A stretch of 32,000 nucleotides of DNA from Xanthomonas campestris pv. campestris str. ATCC 33913 (lineage in GTDB: Bacteria; Pseudomonadota; Gammaproteobacteria; Xanthomonadales; Xanthomonadaceae), in NCBI RefSeq assembly GCF_000007145.1, contig NC_003902.1, forward strand, positions 2,966,497 through 2,998,496, in the 5' to 3' direction. The translations under genes and the position numbers were made by a program. This document shows, in pieces, positions 1 to 7,587 of the stretch. Position 1 is the stretch's first letter. The number at the start of each line of letters is the position of its first letter. A model generated the notes under the pieces. The model saw only the letters and a program-made list of their open reading frames with translations, was not told where the DNA came from and searched no databases.

Positions 1-1243
1 GGCGCATGCCGTCTTCCTTGACGTTGCCGGCGACGATGCCGGAGAAGGCGCGGCGCAGGTCGGCCGCAAGTTCTGGCGCCGGGCGGCCGTGGTGCAGGTC
101 CAACGCAGCCATGGCTTCGTGGCTGGGCACGAACGGCTGCTGGTACTCAAGCGGGATGTGCACCGACCAGTTGAAGTAGTACGAGTCTTTCTGGTCCTTG
201 CGGTGCGCGCGCACTTCGTGAATGCCTTCGGCCATGCGGCGCGCCACCGCGACGGGGTCACCGACGATGATCTCGTAGCGTGATGCGACCGACTCACCAA
301 GGCTCAGGCGGATAAACCGGTCGATCTGGGCGAAGTACGGCGCGGCGATGGTCGGCCCGGTCAGGATCAGCGGGAACGGCAGGCCGGCGTTCTCCTCGCG
401 CAGCAGGATGCCGAGCAGGTACAGGATTTCCTCGGCGGTACCGACGCCACCCGGGAAGACGAGGATGCCGTGACCAATGCGAACAAACGCCTCCAGGCGC
501 TTTTCGATGTCCGGCATGATCACCAGGTGATTCACGATCGGATTCGGTGATTCGGCGGCGATGATGCCCGGCTCGGTGACGCCGATATAGCGCGTGTGGT
601 GCTTGCGCTGTTTGGCGTGCGCAATGGTGGCGCCCTTCATCGGGCCCTTCATTGCTCCTGGGCCGCAGCCGGTGCAGATGTCAAGACCGCGCAGGCCGAG
701 CTCGTAGCCCACCTGTTTGGTGTAGAGGTATTCGTCGCGCGAGATGGAGTGACCACCCCAGCACACGACCAGATTCGGGTCGGACGGCTGCAGGATGCGC
801 GCGTTGCGCAGCTGGCCGAACACGGCATTGGTGATGCCTTCGCTGGTGTCCAGGTCCGCACGTTGCGCTTCGAGCTCGATGGCCATGTAGGCCAGGTCGC
901 GCACCACGGCGAACAACAGCTCGGCCACGCCGCGGATGATCTCGCCATCCACAAAGGCCATGGCCGGCGCGTTGATCAGATCGATACGGATGCCGCGATC
1001 CTGCTGATTCACCTGGATGTCGAAATCCGGGTACAGGTCACGCGCGGCACGCGGGTCGTCGGATGCACTACCACTGGTCAGCACCGCCAGCGCACACCGG
1101 CGCAACAGCTCATGCATGCCGCCACTGGATGCATCACGCAACCGTGCCACTTCTGCCTTGGACAGCACGTCCAGGCCACCACGCGGATAGATCCGCGCAT
1201 CCACCACCGGCAGCGCCCGTGCTGCCGTACTGCTGAGTTCCAT
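1..1243 (-). CDS. ppnN: PpnN/YgdH-type LOG-family nucleotide 5'-monophosphate nucleosidase; C-terminal end cut by window edge
   Basis: Absent from the ORF track because the frame runs off position 1. My own reverse-strand translation starts at the ATG (complement of 1241-1243), with GGAG 6 nt upstream. It gives MELSSTAARALPVVDARIYPRGGLDVLSKAEVARLRDASSGGMHELLRRCALAVL...VVCWGGHSISRDEYLYTKQVGYELGLRGLDICTGCGPGAMKGPMKG...MPDIEKRLEAFVRIGHGILVFPGGVGTAEEILYLLGILL...AADLRRAFSGIVAGNVKEDGMR with no stops. It is colinear with recalled E. coli PpnN motifs (CTGCGPGAM, MPDIEKRLEAFVR, FPGGVGTAEE, AADLRRAFSGIVAGNVKE). Confidence 0.85.
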   Translation of the reverse strand, partial: MELSSTAARALPVVDARIYPRGGLDVLSKAEVARLRDASSGGMHELLRRCALAVLTSGSASDDPRAARDLYPDFDIQVNQQDRGIRIDLINAPAMAFVDGEIIRGVAELLFAVVRDLAYMAIELEAQRADLDTSEGITNAVFGQLRNARILQPSDPNLVVCWGGHSISRDEYLYTKQVGYELGLRGLDICTGCGPGAMKGPMKGATIAHAKQRKHHTRYIGVTEPGIIAAESPNPIVNHLVIMPDIEKRLEAFVRIGHGILVFPGGVGTAEEILYLLGILLREENAGLPFPLILTGPTIAAPYFAQIDRFIRLSLGESVASRYEIIVGDPVAVARRMAEGIHEVRAHRKDQKDSYYFNWSVHIPLEYQQPFVPSHEAMAALDLHHGRPAPELAADLRRAFSGIVAGNVKEDGMR

Positions 1244-1290
1244 AGCTTGCTCCTGTCGTCTGCGCAGGACTTTAGCGTACTCACCCGCCC

Positions 1291-1324
1291 AAAAGAAAAC
1301 GGCCGGGAGAACCCGGCCGTTTTT
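1291..1324. terminator. Intrinsic terminator downstream of the TonB-dependent receptor gene (bidirectional shape)
   Basis: A 10-bp stem pairs aacggccggg (1298-1307) with cccggccgtt (1312-1321) around loop agaa. It is flanked by an A-rich run (1291-1299) and T5 (1320-1324). It lies 25 nt past the receptor stop at 1349. Confidence 0.75.
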
Positions 1325-1348
1325 GCAACATGCAACGCGCTGGCCAGA

Positions 1349-4300
1349 TTAGAACTGGTAGCGGAAGCCCAGCTGCAGGGCCCAGCGGGAGATGCCGCGA
1401 TCGTCATACACCGTGGCCTGATCCGGCGTGTTGAATCGATACACGTACTTGCCACTGGCTGCATCAATGCCGCCGTATTCCACGACACCACGCATACCCG
1501 GGAAGCCATACTCCTCGACCTGGCCCCATTTCTTGTTGAGCAGGTTGCCGACATTCATGACGTCGAGCCACACAGAAGCCTTGTTGCCCTTGAAGAAGCC
1601 GGGAATCTCCTGCTCGATATGCAGATCGAACTGGTTGATCCAGGAATTACGTGCGCCATTACGTTCGGCAACCTGGCCACGACGGGCAGCCAGATACTCA
1701 TTGCCTTCAATGTAGTTCCAGAATGCCTGCTCTTCTCCAGCAGAACCGAATAACACATCGCCGCGACCTGCCGGGATGTACAGCAAGTCGTTCAGGCGAC
1801 CATCGCCATTGGCATCGTTGTCGAAGGCATAGCTGTACGGACGACCATTGCGGCCCTGGTAAATCAAGCCAAGCTTGGTCTCGTAGTCGCCGAAGAACGC
1901 ATGCTTCCAGTTCAAGGTACCCAGGATGCTGTTCTTGATTTCATACGCTGCGGTCGAAGCAACGTTTTCGTTGGCCTGGAACACGGCGTTATTAGCATAG
2001 TTCGAGCCTGAAACAGAGCTCGTCAGGCCACTGACCTCATCCGCATCGGTGTAGGTATACCACAGCCCCCACGACCAATCTCCGCCATTGAACGGCTTGT
2101 TCAAGCCTACGGTGAAACTTTCACTACCGCCCTTATCGGTGGAGCGCGCAATGAAGGCGTCGTTGTACCCAGCATTACGACCCGACCGTGCATCCACCAA
2201 GGATGGACGCGTAGCAACTGACGTTCGGACGCAAGCATCTGGAGCAGCTCGGCCGTTAACATTGGTTCCCGCAGCATTCCAACACCGGCTATCCAGTCCC
2301 GCAGCGTTCCAGAACAAATCGCGGCCATCCTGTCCGGCGCGCGTGACGCCGCCAAGATTCAACTGCTGATAGTAAATCGCCTCATTGACCTTGGTGACCA
2401 CAGCTTCGGCCGACGCAACAATGCCATACCAAGGCAATTCGGTATCGAACGCCAGATTGGCCTTCCAGATCGAAGGCTGCCCCAGTTTGCTGTCCACAAA
2501 ATCAACCGATTGCGTCGAACCGCCAACCGATCCATTTCCGGTGGGTTGAGCGTTGACATCAGGATTGAAGAGAATGCCACCCGAGCTAACAGCAGCTTGG
2601 CTAGGGAAGTTGAAATCGGTAAACGCCAGCCCCGTATTAGAGTATGGATTCGACAGCCACACCGTCGCTGCTGCCCCCTGAAATAGGCCTACACCGCCGC
2701 GCAGCTGTGTTGGGCGGTCACTATCAAAGGTATAGTTGAAGCCGAACCGGGGTTCAAACAGCCCGTTGCCGTCGATGGTTTGATCGTTCCGGCGGCCAAA
2801 GGCAGCGGATGCAGCGGCGTTAAAAGCCGGACTCTGCTTGACCATTGGCTCATCGTAACGAAGACCAAAAGTCAGCGTGAGATTATTGCTGACAGCCCAG
2901 GTATCCTGAATGAATACGCCGACGTTACGCATCCCCCACTGCGCAGCGATATCATCGATATTGCCGCTATTGGAGCGTGAGTAGCGGTAATTCGATGCAC
3001 GGTTTGCAGCATAATCGGCGACCGAATCAAACGTATACGAACCGAATACGCGCTGACCGAACAGATTGAAGATGTCGTTGTCTTCGTAGTCGAAACCAAA
3101 CTTGACGGTGTGATCGTCAAGGAACAATGTACCCGCGAAGAAAGCGTTCCAGGTTTCCGTCCGCAACTCGTTCGCCTGAGTGCTCTGTTCGGTACCAAGA
3201 TTCACGGTGTTATTGCCAAAACGCACACCAATCGCCGGCAGTTGCGAAGCAGCTGTACGCACCGCCGAGTAATCGCGGTACGACACCTTGGCTTCAGTCG
3301 AGAAGGTATCGGTCCAATCACTGAACAACTGGGCTGTATAGGTCTTGAGGCTGAAATCGCGGACGTAATGGAAAGAATTCAGTGATAGCGCCTGATTACC
3401 AAAACCGTTTAGGTTGGCGGTGCTCTGCTCGCTCTCACCGTAGCGGAACGAAGCGCGATGCTTGTCAGAGATGTTCCAGTCAAGCTTGAAGCCCTTCTCC
3501 TCGGAATCGGAGTCCAGCGCAGGCAGTGTGAGCGTTCCCGGATCGAAACCATAAACGTTGCGCGAAATGTCGATGACTTGATCAACTTGCGCCTGGGTGA
3601 TTCCAACGATATTGCTCTCACCCGAGCCGATCGGACCGTAGCCAGAGGCTCCGGTAAACACGCCCTTGCCCTTGTACTTTTCGTAGTTGGCGAAGAAGAA
3701 CAGCTTGTCCTTAATGATCGGGCCACCAAGGGTCAAACCATAGGTGGTCTCGTCATCGAACAGCTGCGGGCGGATATCATTCTGGTTCTTGCCCGACCAA
3801 TCGTTCTCGCGATAGGTGCCGTATACCGAACCGTGAAATTCATTGGTACCGGACTTGGTGACCGCATTGATCACACCACCGGTTGCGCCGGTAATGGTCA
3901 CATCGTAGTTGGCGACATCGACCGAAATTTCGTCGATGACGTCCATCGAGAACGGCTGACGTGGTGTCGGCAAACCATTGGACTCTAGGCCGAACGCATC
4001 GTTGGTGCTGATGCCATCAACGCGGATCAGGTTGAAGCGTGGGTTCTGGCCGCCCACCGAGATTTCGTTACGCGCCTTGTCGGTCTGCGCCACGCGGGGA
4101 TCCAGGCGCACGTAGTCCTGCAAGTTGCGGTTAATCGACGGCAGCGATTCGATCTGCTCGCGGGTCACGTTGGTGCCGGTACCCATCTTATTGGCACTGA
4201 ACAGCGCGGAGCCGTAATCGCCACCAATGGCCTGCACCGCGCCGAGCGTGGTCACGTCGCCACCCAGAGCCGCATCCACGCTGTTGACCTGATTCAAGTT

Positions 4301-4606
4301 CAGGAAAACGCCTTCTTCGGTCTTGGTGCCCTCACCCGACTTGGTGATGGTGATGGTGTACGGGCCGCCCACACGCAGGCCGCGCGCGTTGTAGCGTCCG
4401 CTGGCATCGGTGGTGGCGCGGCTGACGGTGCCCGATTCGACGTGGGTGATCGTGACTTCGGCATTCGGCACCGGCTGACCGCCGCTGCTGGTGACCAGGC
4501 CAGCGACGCCGGCGGAGGTGCTCTGTGCGAACACGGGGGCGGCGGCGAGTGCAGCAACGAGACCAAGCGTGAGCTTGGACATGCGGAGACAACGGGGGTG
4601 GGTCAT
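1349..4606 (-). CDS. TonB-dependent outer-membrane receptor, Oar-like (N-terminal carboxypeptidase-regulatory-like domain + plug + large barrel)
   Basis: 1085-aa ORF with signal peptide ...MSKLTLGLVAALAAAPVFAQ. After it comes a CarboxypepD_reg-like segment (GLVTSSGGQPVPNAEVTITHVESGTVSRATTDASGRYNARGLRVGGPYTITITK), then a plug-like region (TREQIESLPSINRNLQDYVRLDPRV...GGQNPRFNLIRVDGISTND). The C-terminus is a barrel ending LQLGFRYQF with a terminal aromatic. The ATG at 4606 has GAGG 8 nt upstream; an alternative ATG at 4582 gives MSKL. Confidence 0.9.
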   Translation of the reverse strand: MTHPRCLRMSKLTLGLVAALAAAPVFAQSTSAGVAGLVTSSGGQPVPNAEVTITHVESGTVSRATTDASGRYNARGLRVGGPYTITITKSGEGTKTEEGVFLNLNQVNSVDAALGGDVTTLGAVQAIGGDYGSALFSANKMGTGTNVTREQIESLPSINRNLQDYVRLDPRVAQTDKARNEISVGGQNPRFNLIRVDGISTNDAFGLESNGLPTPRQPFSMDVIDEISVDVANYDVTITGATGGVINAVTKSGTNEFHGSVYGTYRENDWSGKNQNDIRPQLFDDETTYGLTLGGPIIKDKLFFFANYEKYKGKGVFTGASGYGPIGSGESNIVGITQAQVDQVIDISRNVYGFDPGTLTLPALDSDSEEKGFKLDWNISDKHRASFRYGESEQSTANLNGFGNQALSLNSFHYVRDFSLKTYTAQLFSDWTDTFSTEAKVSYRDYSAVRTAASQLPAIGVRFGNNTVNLGTEQSTQANELRTETWNAFFAGTLFLDDHTVKFGFDYEDNDIFNLFGQRVFGSYTFDSVADYAANRASNYRYSRSNSGNIDDIAAQWGMRNVGVFIQDTWAVSNNLTLTFGLRYDEPMVKQSPAFNAAASAAFGRRNDQTIDGNGLFEPRFGFNYTFDSDRPTQLRGGVGLFQGAAATVWLSNPYSNTGLAFTDFNFPSQAAVSSGGILFNPDVNAQPTGNGSVGGSTQSVDFVDSKLGQPSIWKANLAFDTELPWYGIVASAEAVVTKVNEAIYYQQLNLGGVTRAGQDGRDLFWNAAGLDSRCWNAAGTNVNGRAAPDACVRTSVATRPSLVDARSGRNAGYNDAFIARSTDKGGSESFTVGLNKPFNGGDWSWGLWYTYTDADEVSGLTSSVSGSNYANNAVFQANENVASTAAYEIKNSILGTLNWKHAFFGDYETKLGLIYQGRNGRPYSYAFDNDANGDGRLNDLLYIPAGRGDVLFGSAGEEQAFWNYIEGNEYLAARRGQVAERNGARNSWINQFDLHIEQEIPGFFKGNKASVWLDVMNVGNLLNKKWGQVEEYGFPGMRGVVEYGGIDAASGKYVYRFNTPDQATVYDDRGISRWALQLGFRYQF

Positions 4607-5000
4607 TTCGGTAGCCTCGATACAGGTTGGGCAGTGACAAAAAGGCGCAGTCAGCCCAACCGTTCCCGGGGGTGGGCTGCCGATGATCTGGGGTCCCTTG
4701 CCGCGCGGCTGGTTGCTGCCGCAACGGTTAACAACAGATTAACACGCTAAGGCCTGATTGTGACGGCGGCGTGACAAACTTCGCGCACTGCAACATGAAC
4801 TTCGCATGTGAAGGCGGAAACGCCAAGGTGCGCAAAGTCCCACGGTATGTGGGATTGGCGTCTCCAACTTGGCAATGGGATCGAACGCCATGCCAACAAG
4901 CCATTGCGTGGGGCCGCCCCTCCCCGGCCGCAGCTACGCCAGGGTCAAGCCAGCTAGGCCACCGAAAGCCAGATCAACACCAGCAGCCGGCGGCGAAACA

Positions 5001-5600
5001 TCAGATCGACACCGGAAGCTTGAAATACGTGCCCAGGCCATCCAGGAACATCTGCACCGAAATGGCCACCAGCAACATGCCCATCAGGCGCTCGATTGCG
5101 GTCAACGCGCGATGACCGAGCAGTTTGTACAACAGCGGGGCCGAGGCCAGGATCGTGGATGCACCGATCCAGGCAATCATCAGCGCCAGGCTCCAATCCC
5201 ATAACCGGGTGGGTTCGTTGCTGCCCATCAGCATCACTGCGGCCATGCCGGACGGGCCGGCCACCAGCGGGATTGCGAGCGGCACGATGAAGGGCTCGCC
5301 GTCGGGAATCTCGCCCATCAGGCCTTCGGGGCGCGGGAAGATCATGCGAATGCCGATCAGGAACAGCACGATGCCGCCGGCGATCGCCACCGATTCCTGC
5401 CGCAGATGCATCAACTCCAGTGCGTACTTGCCGCCCCATAGAAACGCCATCAGGACGAACAGGGCGATCAGCAACTCGCGCGCGAGCACGAAGCGCTGGC
5501 GCTTCGGCGGCAGCGGCTTGAGCACGCTGAGAAACACCGGGATGTTGCCGAGCGGGTCGAGGATCAGGAACAGCAGCAGCGCTGCCGATAGGATGGTCAT
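5001..5600 (-). CDS. MarC-family (UPF0056) integral membrane protein
   Basis: The track ORF 5001..5648 was trimmed to the ATG at 5598-5600. The product begins MTILSAALLLFLILDPLGNIPVFLSVL and continues through ...FIVPLAIPLVAGPSGMAAVMLM, a multi-TM protein typical of the MarC/YhgN family. GGAG lies about 10 nt upstream. The start overlaps the upstream stop as ATGA. Confidence 0.8.
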   Translation of the reverse strand: MTILSAALLLFLILDPLGNIPVFLSVLKPLPPKRQRFVLARELLIALFVLMAFLWGGKYALELMHLRQESVAIAGGIVLFLIGIRMIFPRPEGLMGEIPDGEPFIVPLAIPLVAGPSGMAAVMLMGSNEPTRLWDWSLALMIAWIGASTILASAPLLYKLLGHRALTAIERLMGMLLVAISVQMFLDGLGTYFKLPVSI

Positions 5601-6337
5601 GCGGGGGGGCTCCAGATCGCACCGCGGTGCGAGGCGCCCGCCATGCACAACAAGGTAACGCAGGCAGCGGCGTAGCGCGCGGGATCCAGCGCGTCGCTGT
5701 CTTCCTGATGCGTAAATGCACGTGCGCGCAAGGCGGTGCGCATCGGCCCTGGCTGCAGCCCGCTGACGCGGACCGAGCCGGCGGCCGTTTCATGATGCAG
5801 GCTGGCAATCAGACCACGTTGCGCATGCTGGGCAGCGCCGTACGCGCCCCAGTAGGCCTGGCCGACGCGCGCGGGATCATCCACGACGAACACCAGCGCC
5901 GCATCCTGTTGCTGGCGCAGCAGCGGCAGACAGGCCTGAGTGAGCCAGGCGCGTGCGGTCAGGTTGACGTGGATGCTGCGTGCGAACTCCGCAGGCGCGG
6001 CCAGTTCAGCCGGCGTGAGCCCGGCGAACTCGGCGGCGCAATGCAGCACGCCGCTGAGTCCACCCAACTCGGACTGCAGACGCTGTGCGAGCGCGGCATA
6101 GTCGTCCGGCGTCGCGCCGGCCAGATCCAGCGGGTACAGCAATGGTGCTGCGCCCTGCCCGGCCAGCGCGTCATAGACACGCTCGAGCGGGCGCAGCTTG
6201 CGGCCCAGCAACACCACGGTGGCACCTGCCTGTGCGCAGGCCTGCGCGGCCGCAGCGCCCAACCCGCCGGCGGCGCCGGTGACCAGCACGACCCGCCCGG
6301 CCAGCGCCGCTGCAGCGGCTGCCTGCGTGCTGCTCAC
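5597..6337 (-). CDS. YciK-like short-chain dehydrogenase/reductase-fold protein (catalytic motif degenerate, see findings)
   Basis: 246 aa with a GTG start at 6335-6337. The Rossmann motif is VLVTGAAGGLGAAAA. It is colinear with recalled E. coli YciK: GATVVLLGR, GVLHxA, NVNxT..LTQAxLPLL, NWGAY and the PG..RT.mR.. region. Confidence 0.8.
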   Translation of the reverse strand: MSSTQAAAAAALAGRVVLVTGAAGGLGAAAAQACAQAGATVVLLGRKLRPLERVYDALAGQGAAPLLYPLDLAGATPDDYAALAQRLQSELGGLSGVLHCAAEFAGLTPAELAAPAEFARSIHVNLTARAWLTQACLPLLRQQQDAALVFVVDDPARVGQAYWGAYGAAQHAQRGLIASLHHETAAGSVRVSGLQPGPMRTALRARAFTHQEDSDALDPARYAAACVTLLCMAGASHRGAIWSPPA

Positions 6338-6654
6338 GGCTGGTAGGCCTCACTGACGATGCGCTTGAGCTCGCCTGCTTCGAACAGCTCCATGGTGATG
6401 TCGCAGCCACCGATCAGCTCACCGTGGATGAAGAGCTGCGGGAAGGTCGGCCAGTTCGAATACCGCGGCAGATTGGCGCGGATTTCAGGTTCTTCGAGCA
6501 CGTTGACGGTGCGCAGCTGGTCGGCGCCTGCGGCCACCAGAGCCTGCACGGCGCGGCTGGAAAAACCGCACATCGGGAATTGCGGGGTGCCTTTCATGAA
6601 CAGCACGATCGGGTGCTGCTCGACTTCGGCCTGGATCCGTTCCATCACCGGCAT
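6334..6654 (-). CDS. grxD: Grx4-type monothiol glutaredoxin
   Basis: The track ORF 6334..6777 was trimmed to the ATG at 6652-6654, which has CAGGAG 6 nt upstream. The product is MPVMERIQAEVEQHPIVLFMKGTPQFPMCGFSSRAVQAL...WPTFPQLFIHGELIGGCDI, carrying the CGFS active site. Its stop overlaps the SDR start as GTGA. Confidence 0.92.
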   Translation of the reverse strand: MPVMERIQAEVEQHPIVLFMKGTPQFPMCGFSSRAVQALVAAGADQLRTVNVLEEPEIRANLPRYSNWPTFPQLFIHGELIGGCDITMELFEAGELKRIVSEAYQP

Positions 6655-6775
6655 TGAACTCTCCTGACTGGGAGCGGCAGGCCCGACCGCCGGGTCGGAT
6701 AGACTTCCGCAAAGGCGCGCATTGTAAGCCTTCAACGCGCCCTCTCGCCGGACTCCCTTCGCTGCCCCGAACACC

Positions 6776-7354
6776 ATGCCGATCGAACACCTTGCTCTGC
6801 CCTACTCCCGCGCCGCCCTGGAGCCACATCTGTCGGCTGCGACAGTGGACGCCCACCATGGCGTGTGCCATCGCAGCGAGGTCGAACGGCTCAATGCGCG
6901 CATCGAAGGCAGCGAGTTTGCCGAGCTGATGCTGGAAGAGATCATCGCGCAGGCGCAGGGCACGTTGTTCCAGCTTGCCGCGCAAGTGTGGAACCATAAT
7001 TTCTATTGGCAGTGCCTGCGCCCGCGCGGCGGCGGCGAACCCCTGGGCCGGCTGGCCGACAGCATCGCGGCATCGTTCGGCGACTTCGTGCACTTCAAGC
7101 AGGAATTCAACCGCATCGCGTTCGGCACGGTGGGTTCGGGTTGGGTGTGGCTGGTGCAGCGCCCGGATGGCAGATTGGCCGTGGTGGCTACTCCGAATGC
7201 CTCCACGCCGCTGACCGGCCCGGACACCGCGCTGCTCGCCTGCGATCTGTGGGAACACGCCTACTACCTGGATCATCAGCAGGACCGCGCGCAGTACCTG
7301 GATGCGTTCTGGAAACTGATCAATTGGGACTTTGTGGCCAGCCGTCTGCGCTGA
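6776..7354 (+). CDS. Fe/Mn superoxide dismutase family protein, FeSOD-like but with atypical second-sphere residues
   Basis: 192 aa and colinear with recalled E. coli SodB: LALPY...AAQVWNHNFYW, GGEP, GSGWVWL, DLWEHAYYLD, FWKLINWDFV. The four metal ligands and Gln69 align. There is no obvious SD before the ATG. Confidence 0.85.
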   Translation: MPIEHLALPYSRAALEPHLSAATVDAHHGVCHRSEVERLNARIEGSEFAELMLEEIIAQAQGTLFQLAAQVWNHNFYWQCLRPRGGGEPLGRLADSIAASFGDFVHFKQEFNRIAFGTVGSGWVWLVQRPDGRLAVVATPNASTPLTGPDTALLACDLWEHAYYLDHQQDRAQYLDAFWKLINWDFVASRLR

Positions 7355-7587
7355 TGCGCGATGGCGCATGCTGAGAAATGCAGCGTCGAAGTGGCATCAC
7401 TTACGTTGGGTGCTGCTCGCTCAACCAGCCTGGGGCACCAACGCGCCAGGCGATGCCACCGCGTTAGCTCTGGTGTGATGCACAGCGCGCCCTTGAATTT
7501 GCATTCACGCTTCAAGGACGCAGCACGCAGTTAAAACACTCACTCAGCACTTAGCGGCACTGCCCCGCTTGCAGCGCCACGCGCACG

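Noticed and set aside
596-1753. 385-aa plus-strand ORF at the left end
   Set aside because: It runs antisense to ppnN, then straight through the 1291-1324 terminator hairpin and into antisense receptor sequence. The minus-strand ppnN frame, which is missing from the track only because it is open at position 1, explains the region.
4607-5000. Possible riboswitch, Fur box or small gene in the 0.4 kb spacer upstream of the receptor
   Set aside because: I found no B12-box, TPP or other riboswitch core that I can recognise. There is no Fur-like AT-rich palindrome. The ORFs at 4771..5115 and 4869..5204 lack start context and run into antisense marC-family sequence. Only the competing stem-loops near the RBS were kept as a low-interest finding.
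7355-7587. Hairpins in the convergent sod / purK spacer (7354-7369, 7404-7443, 7491-7517) as terminators or an sRNA
   Set aside because: The stems are short or bulged and none is followed by a U-tract on either strand. The overlapping 79-aa ORF (7276..7515) overlaps the sod 3' end and looks random. This is not enough to call a feature.
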